From: a virus
DNA length: 64,000 nt
Virus record (IMG/VR): IMGVR_UViG_3300043446_003110
Reading direction: 5' to 3' (one strand)
Shown here: positions 41,849 through 51,080 of the stretch, one piece after another
Numbering within the stretch: the stretch's first letter is position 1
Layout: each line of letters starts with the position of its first letter
The notes under the pieces: generated by a model
The model's database searches: none
What the model was told of the DNA's origin: nothing
Seen by the model: the letters and a program-made list of their open reading frames with translations, nothing else
Translations under genes and position numbers: made by a program

Positions 41849-42092
41849 CTATTAATACTCTGAAAAAATGTTCATATTGATGTTCATAACCTTTTATGCG
41901 ATCATGGCATTTTTTACATAATGTTATTCCATTAGATACTTCATATCTTAAGGCGCTAGCTCTAGACCACTTTTTTATGTGATGTACTTGTAATTGTGTT
42001 TTGTTTTTACACATCATGCATTTATACTTGTCACGTTTAAGAACACATTTTCTAAATTCTTTATATGCTGGATCATCATAATTTCTTTTCAT
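41838..42092 (-). CDS. HNH endonuclease
   Basis: RDKYKCMMC...VHHI...NGITLCKKCH. Confidence 0.9.
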   Translation of the reverse strand: MKRNYDDPAYKEFRKCVLKRDKYKCMMCKNKTQLQVHHIKKWSRASALRYEVSNGITLCKKCHDRIKGYEHQYEHFFRVLIDEL

Positions 42093-42337
42093 AATAAATA
42101 TATCTTATCTATTCTAGACTTGCGACGTATTTCTCTACAAATAATTCTCATTTCTATAGATGTATTTTGCTTCATAATAATATTGATTAAATCGTTTAGT
42201 ACTTCAAAACATGCTTCATCTGGATCTTTTGCATTAATAAAAACTGTTGGAAAGGGGCTATTATACGATCTAAGAATTAGATGTCTTATTTTAGTGAACA
42301 CATTGGATATATCCAACATTATTCTGTAAGTTTTCAT
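42089..42337 (-). CDS. Hypothetical protein
   Basis: About 82 aa in operon; start overlaps the gmd 3' end. Confidence 0.55.
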   Translation of the reverse strand: MKTYRIMLDISNVFTKIRHLILRSYNSPFPTVFINAKDPDEACFEVLNDLINIIMKQNTSIEMRIICREIRRKSRIDKIYLL

Positions 42338-43379
42338 TGATTTTCTCATCTATCATTAATTTAATAAGACTATTTAAGTCATATTTTGGATTCCATCCCA
42401 ATTTTTGTTTTGCTTTTGTTGACCTTCCTCTTAGGTAGTCTACTTCTGCTGGTCTATAAAATTTTTGATCTATTCCTACAAAATTAACCCAATCTGTACC
42501 AAAATATCCAAAAGACACATCCAAAAGATCCTTAATTGAATATGTATTTTCTGTACATATGACATAATCATCTGGTTCTCCCTGTTGTAGCATTAGCCAC
42601 ATGGCTTCAACGTAATCTCCAGCATATCCCCAATCCCTACATGCGTCTAAATTACCAAGCATTAATTTGGGGAATTTTTTATCATATAGTCCAAAGATTT
42701 CGGATTCAGAGTAACATAAATGAGAAATATTAAAATTATTTTGTTCTAACCAGTTATGAAAATTAACAACCCAATTTACTACCTTTTTGGTAACAAAGTG
42801 GTCGCCTCTCCTTGGACCTTCATGATTAAATAATATTCCGCAACTTCCATGTATACCATAAGCTTCGCGATACAAGCGTACAGCATAATGAGATGCTACT
42901 TTAGCAACAGCGTATGGAGATTGTGGTAAGAATCTAGTATTTTCGTCTTGATATTTTATGCCGTTGTCATCAATATCATAAGATTTACCAAACATCTCAC
43001 TGGAAGATGCTTGATAAAATTTAGCACCAAGAAGCTCTAAGTCAACTATAGATTGCAACAAATTAAGACAGCCTTTGCCAGTTATATCCCAAGTCAGGGA
43101 CGGCTGAGTGAAAGATGTTCCCACATGCGATTGGGCCGCTAGATTATAGATTTCATCTACATCCTCGTTATTTCTAAAAATATTATTTACGCTACTAGCA
43201 TCTGTTATGTCGCCCTCTTCCAGTTTGAATTTAGGATGAGTTAATATATGTTTTATTCTTTTTGTATTGTCAACGCTAGACCTTCTGCTAACTCCGATTA
43301 CTTCGTAGTCTTTATCTAAAAGTAAATCAGCAAGATGGCTTCCGTCCTGTCCAGTTATTCCAAATATTATTGCTTTCAT
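42291..43379 (-). CDS. gmd: GDP-mannose 4,6-dehydratase
   Basis: GITGQDGS, NLAAQSHV, YQASSSEMFG, SPYAVAK, LGNLDACRDWG, RPAEVD motifs. Confidence 0.95.
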   Translation of the reverse strand: MKAIIFGITGQDGSHLADLLLDKDYEVIGVSRRSSVDNTKRIKHILTHPKFKLEEGDITDASSVNNIFRNNEDVDEIYNLAAQSHVGTSFTQPSLTWDITGKGCLNLLQSIVDLELLGAKFYQASSSEMFGKSYDIDDNGIKYQDENTRFLPQSPYAVAKVASHYAVRLYREAYGIHGSCGILFNHEGPRRGDHFVTKKVVNWVVNFHNWLEQNNFNISHLCYSESEIFGLYDKKFPKLMLGNLDACRDWGYAGDYVEAMWLMLQQGEPDDYVICTENTYSIKDLLDVSFGYFGTDWVNFVGIDQKFYRPAEVDYLRGRSTKAKQKLGWNPKYDLNSLIKLMIDEKINENLQNNVGYIQCVH

Positions 43380-43903
43380 TTTATTCTCCTAATGATCAAA
43401 ACTAAATCATCATATCTATTTTTAATATTTCTTAAATCAACTATTTGAAAAAAACAATTATTTGGTATCCTAGCTATTAGAATATTAAACCAATTTATAG
43501 TCTGAATATCTTCTATAACGCATGTACCATTTATTTTTAGTAATTTAGTATAGTTGTCTATAAAATAGATCATACTCTCTAGAGTGTGGGGGCCGTCATC
43601 TATTATGAGATCATATGTTCTAAGATTTTTTATTAACTCGTCAGAATATGCATTGCCAACTATATGATTGATTCTAGGTTGATTTTTTATTGCTTGACAT
43701 TCATTAATATCTAAAATATCTATATTAGCATTAATAAAGTAGTCTTGCCAGAGTAAAGCACTTCCACCATTGAAAGCTCCGATCTCAAGAATATCTGTAT
43801 AATTTTGATCAGTTATATCATTATACAAGTAATCTATATAGGAGTGATCTGTATTTTTATCTGTATTGTAATTTTTTAATTTGTATTGTTCTGATAGTTT
43901 CAT
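43376..43903 (-). CDS. Class I SAM-dependent (sugar O-)methyltransferase
   Basis: TDK...HSY, ILEIG, DLIIDDGPH, VIEDI motifs. Confidence 0.8.
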   Translation of the reverse strand: MKLSEQYKLKNYNTDKNTDHSYIDYLYNDITDQNYTDILEIGAFNGGSALLWQDYFINANIDILDINECQAIKNQPRINHIVGNAYSDELIKNLRTYDLIIDDGPHTLESMIYFIDNYTKLLKINGTCVIEDIQTINWFNILIARIPNNCFFQIVDLRNIKNRYDDLVLIIRRIK

Positions 43904-43915
43904 GATTTAAATAAA

Positions 43916-44482
43916 TTAGTTATGTACAAATAATACTTTAGGAATATATAAAATTTGTTCATATGGAAATAAGGTTTTAAATTTTTCTACAAACAATCCG
44001 TCAGCGGCATATTCACTTCCAAGATTAATTTGATGTGCAAGATCGGAGCGGGTTGCAAATGATCCCATGTCTATCCTATTAAGGAAAGGTGAACATTGAA
44101 AATATTTATAATCATAATGAGAGTGAATCATGTCCCAATATATCATTCCGGCGTTTTGTTCAGATAAAAGAGATAGTTCATAGACCGTCGTAGGAACATA
44201 ATAATTGTCATCGCCTGTCATGATTATATATTTTGAGTTACTAATTTGTTTACCAATATTTCTAGGCGTGTGACCAAAATCGTTATATCTTTGATCCAAC
44301 TTATAATATCTAATTCTTGGATCAGAAAATGATTTTACTAAATCAACGATTGATGAGTCATCTGGATTATCAATTATTATATTAGCACTCCAATCTGAAA
44401 TTGTTTGGCATAATAATGACTGTAACATACAATTTAATTGTATATTTCTATTGTATGTGGGTATTATGAAGTCAATTAACAT
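43916..44482 (-). CDS. Glycosyltransferase family 2
   Basis: IIPTYNR, RNIG, GDDNYY. Confidence 0.85.
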   Translation of the reverse strand: MLIDFIIPTYNRNIQLNCMLQSLLCQTISDWSANIIIDNPDDSSIVDLVKSFSDPRIRYYKLDQRYNDFGHTPRNIGKQISNSKYIIMTGDDNYYVPTTVYELSLLSEQNAGMIYWDMIHSHYDYKYFQCSPFLNRIDMGSFATRSDLAHQINLGSEYAADGLFVEKFKTLFPYEQILYIPKVLFVHN

Positions 44483-45209
44483 AATTTAATAACAATTTTT
44501 TGTAATTTTTGTTCCACTTAGGCTGTAAATATATGTGTCCGGTTGGTATTTTACCATCTTTGCGTAAATTATCTATATGTTCTGAATGTCTTTGTATTAT
44601 ATTTGGACGATCTGGAGTGTCAGTTCCCATTCCGCTCATATGATAACTTCTATTTGCCCAATAATAGAACCAACTAACTTCGTTATTTTGCGGGGAAGCA
44701 AGTACAATATTATTAGAAGAATGTTTAATCTTAATTACGAATGTCATATCGTGACCAGCATTTTCTAATGGATAGCCACCAAGTTTAGACCATATTTTTT
44801 TACTAAATACTATACCAGAGTTTCCTAGGCTTGAAATTGAAGAAATTTCTCCATTGTTAAATAACACACCGCGTTGCCAATGTAGTAAATCAGAATCATC
44901 TACAAAAAATTTATTGATATTATCAAGATGATTTGGCATAGCTATATCATCATCATCCCAAACTGCTATTATATCATATGAACATTTAGATACCGCAAAA
45001 TTTTCCTTTGATCCTATAGTATCAAAAGTATAATCCATATTATAAATTTTTACTCTAGGATGATCAAAATGTAAAGTTTGCAATGGATAATCATTAACTA
45101 TTATTAGCTCAGAATTGCCTTTATATTCTTGTATTAAAAAAGAATAAAGAGACTCTTCAAGTGTATCTACGCGACCGTAAGTTATACATTTACATGATAT
45201 AGGTTTCAT
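44472..45209 (-). CDS. Glycosyltransferase family 2
   Basis: CITYGR, ELIIVND, WDDDD. Confidence 0.85.
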   Translation of the reverse strand: MKPISCKCITYGRVDTLEESLYSFLIQEYKGNSELIIVNDYPLQTLHFDHPRVKIYNMDYTFDTIGSKENFAVSKCSYDIIAVWDDDDIAMPNHLDNINKFFVDDSDLLHWQRGVLFNNGEISSISSLGNSGIVFSKKIWSKLGGYPLENAGHDMTFVIKIKHSSNNIVLASPQNNEVSWFYYWANRSYHMSGMGTDTPDRPNIIQRHSEHIDNLRKDGKIPTGHIYLQPKWNKNYKKLLLNYVN

Positions 45210-45991
45210 TCTATCACAGTGTCTGGGGTAAGGAAAGGTTGATCAATTTGTCCATCCTCATACTTATGGAACGCGCTCAAGCGTTCCTTTTCTTTTAGCA
45301 TAGCTAGTCTCATTTTCTCCATTTCAATACCATAACGCTTCAGCGTTTCTGGATCTTGCATTAAGTTAGCTACCCATGCCGTAAAGCTTTGCTTGCTATC
45401 TTCTAGTCGCTTAATACGCTGTTCGCGGGTTCCTTTCATTTCGCGTAGAATAGCTGCCTTCTTTGTTTGAAGCTCACGGTAATCCCTGTTAAGAGCTTCT
45501 TGGGATGCCCGCAATGACGCAAGTTGGCGCTCAAGATTAAGAACGTAATCGTGGTCGCGTTGGTCCTTATCGACGGCGCGCTCGTCTGAAAGTAACTTTT
45601 CAAGAGTGGTCATCTCGTTAAGGTTATCCTTATTACTTTTTAAGCAGCGGTTCATAAGTATTTCTAGCTTTATAACATCCACGACCTGTAGTTCTTCTGT
45701 GGGAAATACATCATCTTTGAACTGTGAAATTATGCGCGACCAGTGATACTTAAAAAGTTCTAACTCTGATGGAGTAAATTGATTCTCTAGTTCAATCCAG
45801 TAGGGGCGATCTTCTAGAGAGAACGCGGCGGCTTCTTCATTAGATAATCCAAACTTAAATTTGCGTTTAACGAAGCTATCTATGCTCTCAACGTCGCGGT
45901 CAAGCTGCTTGGCTATATCTTCTACGGTAACATGATCGATAAGGCGACCGATTATACGTTCCTCTTCTTTGGAGATTCTACCCTTCTTCAT
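45206..45991 (-). CDS. HTH plus coiled-coil protein, terminase small subunit candidate
   Basis: N-terminal VEDIAKQLDR HTH-like segment, long coiled coil, upstream in packaging operon. Confidence 0.35.
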   Translation of the reverse strand: MKKGRISKEEERIIGRLIDHVTVEDIAKQLDRDVESIDSFVKRKFKFGLSNEEAAAFSLEDRPYWIELENQFTPSELELFKYHWSRIISQFKDDVFPTEELQVVDVIKLEILMNRCLKSNKDNLNEMTTLEKLLSDERAVDKDQRDHDYVLNLERQLASLRASQEALNRDYRELQTKKAAILREMKGTREQRIKRLEDSKQSFTAWVANLMQDPETLKRYGIEMEKMRLAMLKEKERLSAFHKYEDGQIDQPFLTPDTVIE

Positions 45992-46466
45992 CTAACAACT
46001 CCTTAATTGTTGCAATGATTTCTTCTCTTCTCTTTTTAGGAACATAAACATCGTTGATGATTTTTAGATAGTCGGCGCGGTATTCTGATGGTAATTTGTG
46101 ATCAACAATAGATTGTATACTTTTAGCATCAAGACTATTATCATATACCGGCTCTTCTGTAAGAATTAAGTCTTCATTAGATAAACTACTTGGTTTAAGA
46201 ATTCGCTTTTTTTCTTCTTCACCTTTAACGTAGAAGTTATCGCGAACGAAGTTCTTGAGCCTGTTAGATAAGTGAACTGCTAGAAAATTTTCAAGTGGGC
46301 GGTTTTGATCATATCGTTCCATAGCGTCCATGCAAATAATAAATGCCTCTTGTTTTATATCGTTAACGTCATAACCATGGAAGGTATATCTTGCCGACAT
46401 CCTATTAACGACAATGTTAATCTGATCAATCACCTCTTCTTCTGACATATTTTTTGGAATTTTCAT
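45978..46466 (-). CDS. Phage RNA polymerase sigma-like factor
   Basis: Sigma70 region-2-like DIKQEAFIICMDAMERYD...LENFL...NRLKNFVRD; ATG 46466 overlaps upstream TGA. Confidence 0.7.
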   Translation of the reverse strand: MKIPKNMSEEEVIDQINIVVNRMSARYTFHGYDVNDIKQEAFIICMDAMERYDQNRPLENFLAVHLSNRLKNFVRDNFYVKGEEEKKRILKPSSLSNEDLILTEEPVYDNSLDAKSIQSIVDHKLPSEYRADYLKIINDVYVPKKRREEIIATIKELLDEEG

Positions 46467-47245
46467 TCCGGGTTTTCTTCGTCTGCCCACTTTAGGGTTC
46501 TCCATCTATTTCCATTATAAAACTTTACAGTATCAGTTTCATTATCATATACAAAAGTACCAGCTTTAGCACCAGCGCCATCACTAGACTCTAACTGTAA
46601 CTGCTTTACCGCCAACTTGTTGGCGTTTAGTTTGCTACACTTTAGCGCAAGCTGTTTAGTATACTTCGTTAGGGCAGTTACAACAATATCGCTAAAGTCT
46701 TTGCTATCAAATGATAAGCTAGATAAATCATCTTCAGAAACGCGAGCTAAAAAAGAATTATCAAGAATTTTGATTGGATGTGGTAAAAATGCATCTTTAG
46801 ATGCTAGAATAGAATTTTTTTCAAAATATAAAGCAGTATTATTTGGTGGAATTTCAGATGTAATTATATTGATCGCTCCGGGTGGAGAGTAAAACCGTGA
46901 CTGACTATTTTGTAACACTCGTTGGTGATTTTCGTTTTTACCATATAGCATGGGTGTTTCACGCTTGAAGTAAGTGCTGCCATCAAGATCATATGCGTAT
47001 CCAACGCCATATTCATAAGAAACAAGATTGTTGTCTTTATAAGCAGCAATTTTGTAAAAGAACTTATTTTCGGGGCCGATCCCCATAACATTCTTTACAG
47101 AGTTATTATCAGTAATATACTTATAGTAATGAGCTTCAGAGAAGTATATGTTGGCCTTGTCTATGTTATCAATACCAATAAGCAAAATATCAGCATTATT
47201 TTCACTAAATGAAAATGTTTCAATCGCTAGATTTGGTTTTGTCAT
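46463..47245 (-). CDS. Hypothetical protein (possibly structural)
   Basis: 260 aa; C-terminal GTFVYDNETDTVKFYNGNRW fibre-like motif. Confidence 0.6.
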   Translation of the reverse strand: MTKPNLAIETFSFSENNADILLIGIDNIDKANIYFSEAHYYKYITDNNSVKNVMGIGPENKFFYKIAAYKDNNLVSYEYGVGYAYDLDGSTYFKRETPMLYGKNENHQRVLQNSQSRFYSPPGAINIITSEIPPNNTALYFEKNSILASKDAFLPHPIKILDNSFLARVSEDDLSSLSFDSKDFSDIVVTALTKYTKQLALKCSKLNANKLAVKQLQLESSDGAGAKAGTFVYDNETDTVKFYNGNRWRTLKWADEENPE

Positions 47246-47393
47246 TATTATCCTCGCTATGTGCGGTATCCTTGTCGCTTAATAACGAGGCTAAAGATTT
47301 GTCTTCTTTGAGCAAATCAGATTCTATTTGATCGCACAAAGATGCAACGGCGCGACATTCCAATTGTGTTTCAATTGTTTGTTTAGTTTTCAT
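47220..47393 (-). CDS. Small hypothetical protein
   Basis: AGGAG RBS and GTGTATA motif upstream. Confidence 0.55.
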   Translation of the reverse strand: MKTKQTIETQLECRAVASLCDQIESDLLKEDKSLASLLSDKDTAHSEDNNDKTKSSD

Positions 47394-47604
47394 AAAGTAT
47401 CTCCTATATATCATTATACACCGCATAACGATATTTTAGCAGAATCACATGATTCATAAAGGGGCGATGGGGAGGGATTGGGTAATACATTAATAAATAT
47501 AATGGGAATTGTGTAAGAACTACCCCGGCACTTTCTAGCAGTTTGACACGATGAGCGATATAAAGTAAAACCCCCCAGTATACCCATTTTAACATTAGTA
47601 GATA

Positions 47605-47651
47605 GGGGTGGGCCGCGTTCGCCGTAAACCCTTACTACATATAGACTTACG
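47605..47651 (+). repeat. 82-bp element copy 1 (partial: GC box + palindrome B)
   Basis: GGGGTGGGCCGCG + CGTAAACCCTTA-CTACA-TATAGACTTACG. Confidence 0.85.
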
Positions 47652-47866
47652 ACGATAATCATATGATCGACACGATCTACTGTTTAAGAGTTTTGGCATG
47701 GCATTTGCTATATAGCATATTCTGTACCAAACAAAATATTTTTCTTGGCATGATATTTGCTATATATAATCTTTCGATATTGTAAGAAAGATTTCCCTTG
47801 ACGATTCAAGAAAGCATGGTATAATGTCGATATAAGAAGTAAGAGAGAAAGAAAGAGAGAAAGAAA

Positions 47867-48091
47867 ATGAGAAACTTGGTTGTGTTCAATACGATGAGTG
47901 AGTTGGTTTCTTACCTTGACAACAATGGCCCCGATACGCTGGTGAATGTCGCAGCGTTCGGAATGGATCTTTTCGATTATGCTCGGGATAACGAGTATGA
48001 AATCGAAGTTGGTGAAGATGGTGGATATATTAGGATTGATGAAATGGGATATGTTGTGGAAGATTTCGCAATCGACAACGTTTGCGGATGA
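47867..48091 (+). CDS. Small acidic early protein
   Basis: 74 aa after promoter 47798. Confidence 0.7.
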   Translation: MRNLVVFNTMSELVSYLDNNGPDTLVNVAAFGMDLFDYARDNEYEIEVGEDGGYIRIDEMGYVVEDFAIDNVCG

Positions 48092-48180
48092 TACGGGGCA
48101 ACCTTACGAAAGATTAAGATTTAAGCCCTTGACAACCAAAAGCCGATAAGTATAATAGAATCAACACAAGGGAAAAAGAA

Positions 48181-48312
48181 ATGGAAACGCTAACGCTGAT
48201 CGTCGTGAAGGGTAAGTATAAGGTTTATTGGGAAATGGCTAACGGAAAGCGTATGTTGCTTGGATCATTTAAGACTTCCGCAGAGGCGGAAAGATTCATG
48301 AATGCCACTTGA
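48181..48312 (+). CDS. 43-aa early protein (paralog A)
   Basis: METLTLIVVKGKYKVYWEMANGKRMLLGSFKTSAEAERFMNAT; own promoter; paralog at 50068. Confidence 0.8.
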   Translation: METLTLIVVKGKYKVYWEMANGKRMLLGSFKTSAEAERFMNAT

Positions 48313-48363
48313 TAGGTCGATAAATATCTAGTAAAAATATAACTAACACTAAGTGAAAAGAAA

Positions 48364-48552
48364 ATGAATAGCCTTGACAAGATTCTATCTGCTATGCGTA
48401 CTGGTAAGTATGGTAGCGTTATCGACCCGAAGGGTAACGCTCATGTAGGTATTATCAACTCTATCATGCGAGAGGATGGTAGTGGAAAGAACTGGATCGT
48501 GACAGTGACCAACCGTACAGTAAGTGAACGGGTGTTCATTCACGCCAAGTAG
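48364..48552 (+). CDS. Hypothetical protein
   Basis: 62 aa, A-rich leader. Confidence 0.7.
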   Translation: MNSLDKILSAMRTGKYGSVIDPKGNAHVGIINSIMREDGSGKNWIVTVTNRTVSERVFIHAK

Positions 48553-48654
48553 TATCACACCATCCACGCGGATAAGGCACACCCCTAGCAGGAGGGGAGC
48601 AGTAGCAAATACTGTGCCAAAAAATCGCGGCATGGTATTTGCCTAGATACTTGA

Positions 48655-48736
48655 CGTAAATCCTTATACAGTAAGGACTTAGGGCAAATCGGGCGGGCCG
48701 CGTTCGTCGTAAACCCTTATGGCGTAAGGACTTAGG
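48655..48736 (+). repeat. 82-bp element copy 2
   Basis: Palindromes at 48655 and 48708, GC box 48691-48702. Confidence 0.95.
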
Positions 48737-48915
48737 ACTAATATGATGATCGACAAGATCTTCTGTTTAAAAAAATAAAATATTTGGCACGGGATTTGCT
48801 CTAGAGAATATTTCTTGTTTTGGCACAAGATTATTTTCAAAAATATTTCAGATTGCCTATTGACTTGGCCGATAAGTATGGTATAATAAGAGCATAAGAA
48901 AGAAAGAGAAAGAAA

Positions 48916-49140
48916 ATGGAAAAGGTTACTCACGTTAACGACTTCATCAACAGCCTTCCGCGAATCGTCGCCAAGAAGATTTGGCGGGTTACGGATGAGA
49001 ACGGTACGATTGTTCAGTGTGTTTCGGCTACGGACAATCGAAAGAGTACCGCACAGCGGTATATCGACAACAAGTATCCGGGTCAGGTTCTGACACTGAC
49101 TTTCGACCGTACCAGCGGTCATATCACGATCCCCCGATGA
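48916..49140 (+). CDS. Hypothetical protein
   Basis: 74 aa after promoter 48860. Confidence 0.7.
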   Translation: MEKVTHVNDFINSLPRIVAKKIWRVTDENGTIVQCVSATDNRKSTAQRYIDNKYPGQVLTLTFDRTSGHITIPR

Positions 49141-49207
49141 GAGGGGATTGACGGGGCGGAAAAGTTTCGGTAGAATCCATCCATCACTTCACTTCAAGGG
49201 GAAAATC

Positions 49208-49390
49208 ATGACCAACGATTTTGTCTACGATATGTCGGAAATCAACGAAGAGGAAATCATGCTGGGCTGGGAAGAACTGAACAGCGAGGAAGGTGAGGCC
49301 GACTACATCCCCGGCCTTGACGATGGAGAATGGATGGAAGAGGAAGAGGATGCCGATTGGGATTACTACGGGGAAGAGGAGTTTGCCTGA
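49208..49390 (+). CDS. Highly acidic 60-aa protein
   Basis: MTNDFVYDMSEINEEE...EEEFA; AAGGGG RBS. Confidence 0.7.
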   Translation: MTNDFVYDMSEINEEEIMLGWEELNSEEGEADYIPGLDDGEWMEEEEDADWDYYGEEEFA

Positions 49391-49485
49391 GAAAAATATT
49401 CTTTGGCATACCGTTTGCAGGCAGCGGTGATTGGCACACCGTTTGCTCTGCGGCGGATTGGTATGGGCTTTGCGTAGAGAGTTAA

Positions 49486-49567
49486 CGTAAATGCTTGCAG
49501 GATAAGGACTTAGGGCGAACGGGGCGGGCCGCGTTTGCCGTAAACCCTTATGGCATATAGACTTACA
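49486..49567 (+). repeat. 82-bp element copy 3
   Basis: Palindromes at 49486 and 49539. Confidence 0.95.
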
Positions 49568-49876
49568 TCTAATCATATGATCGTATCGAAGTGGTGTTTA
49601 GGGCCACAGCAAATATCGTGCCACGGAATAAAAAATCTCAACGCCTAGAATATGGGCATGGTAAGATAGGCAACCCGTTGCATATTGCTACATTACCTCA
49701 GTTTCACGGCGGAAATCACTAACGCAAAATGCTACAGGGTGTTGCAAAATGCTACGCTCAAAATCTAGGCACAAAAAATGTCATAGCGTTTTTCCCGCGA
49801 AATACGCAAAAAAAAATAATCTATGATTGGCACACCGATTGCTCTTATATATGGCATAAGAAAGTGAGAGTGAAAG

Positions 49877-50011
49877 ATGATGAATGATATCCTGATCGTG
49901 TCCGATTGCTGTGGGGCTGAAATGACCCCGATTCACGCCGAGCATGGCGTTTGTCCCCAGTGTGGTGAACACTGTGAGGCCGATATTCAAATCTGGCCGA
50001 TCCCCGAATAA
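49877..50011 (+). CDS. Small zinc-ribbon protein (44 aa)
   Basis: SDCCGAE...VCPQCGEHC; downstream of sigma54 box at 49828. Confidence 0.7.
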   Translation: MMNDILIVSDCCGAEMTPIHAEHGVCPQCGEHCEADIQIWPIPE

Positions 50012-50067
50012 GGGGGGTTGCGGCGGCGGGAAAAGTTTGATAGACTCTAAAAACAAAGGAAATGAAA

Positions 50068-50199
50068 ATGGAAACCATGACGATCATCGTAGTCGGAAAC
50101 AAGTTTAAGGTATACCGCGAGTGCGGAAACGGAAAGCGTGTGCTGTTGGGATCGTTCAAGACTTCGCACGAAGCGGAGCGATTCATGAACTCCCGCTAA
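50068..50199 (+). CDS. 43-aa early protein (paralog B)
   Basis: METMTIIVVGNKFKVYRECGNGKRVLLGSFKTSHEAERFMNSR; 31/43 identical to paralog A. Confidence 0.8.
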   Translation: METMTIIVVGNKFKVYRECGNGKRVLLGSFKTSHEAERFMNSR

Positions 50200-50259
50200 A
50201 GGGGGGTTGCGGCGGCGGAAAAGTTTGATAGAATCCACACTCACCCAAGGAAAAAGAAA

Positions 50260-50589
50260 ATGGCTACCAAGTTCAAAATCATCGAAGATGCAAAGCGTCA
50301 AGCACGATCCTGTTTTTTGGGAATCGCCATCCCTCACCAGCCATCCCTCGCCAGTGGGGAGTATGGCCCGATTCGCTCCGAAAAGGTTCTCAAGTTCAAT
50401 CGGAAAGCATTACTCCGAAAGAGGGGTAAGAGCAAGGAAAACGTCGATCCCCGCCTAATGGGGGGTAGCGATCTCATGATTGACAAGGTGGGCAAACCGG
50501 GAAGCCGTGAGAGGGTAGAGGCTTTGCGGGCTATGTATGAAATGTTCGCAGCCGCAGGGCAGGAAGTCTCCGCGTTCTACGACGAATAG
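50260..50589 (+). CDS. Hypothetical basic protein
   Basis: 109 aa, AAGGA RBS, own promoter. Confidence 0.75.
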   Translation: MATKFKIIEDAKRQARSCFLGIAIPHQPSLASGEYGPIRSEKVLKFNRKALLRKRGKSKENVDPRLMGGSDLMIDKVGKPGSRERVEALRAMYEMFAAAGQEVSAFYDE

Positions 50590-50765
50590 GGGGTTTTGGT
50601 AAGATAGGCAATCTAGGGGGTTTGGAGAAGATGGGGAGTCTCGGCCAAAGTGGCCGGATCATAAACCTTGCGAGATAGTCAGCGAGAATATTGTATTTTG
50701 TTGTTGACTTTTAAAGTCTAGGCTGTAGAATACCGATATAAGTAGTAACCAAAGGAAAAAGAAAA

Positions 50766-51065
50766 ATGAACTATCTTGAAGCCGTTGCTATGGTTCGTGG
50801 TAAGACTAACAAGAATACCCGCAAGGTTGGAAATAATACCTACGCTGAAATCGAATATGATAAGAGCGTTTCTATCCGCCTGCATGGTACTACCGTTGTG
50901 CGGTTTTATCCTAACGGGCTTGTAAAGTTGAATAGTGGCGGTTATCATACGCACACCACGAAAAAGCGTATTAACCAGTATTCTCCCGTGCGAGTTTACC
51001 AAAAAAACTTTGATTGGTTTTTGAGTGATGGTACTCCGTTCGAAGATAACATTTTAGTTTCATAA
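50766..51065 (+). CDS. Hypothetical phage protein
   Basis: IRLHGT...LNSGGYHTHTTKKRIN motif. Confidence 0.75.
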   Translation: MNYLEAVAMVRGKTNKNTRKVGNNTYAEIEYDKSVSIRLHGTTVVRFYPNGLVKLNSGGYHTHTTKKRINQYSPVRVYQKNFDWFLSDGTPFEDNILVS

Positions 51066-51080
51066 AGTAAGGAGCCAAGG

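Larger units (their letters stand above)
10430..47421 (-). promoter_or_regulatory. Late promoter motif GTGTAT(A/T), 7 minus-strand copies
   Basis: At 10430, 16460, 24693, 27720, 35202, 38724, 47415; each about 20-45 nt upstream of a late gene start. Confidence 0.75.

Noticed and set aside
107-47091. Many short + strand or nested ORFs in the late block
   Set aside because: They overlap long coherent minus-strand genes and have no recognisable motifs
452-47393. Stop-codon reassignment
   Set aside because: Long genes are intact and densely packed in the standard code; no suppressor tRNA seen
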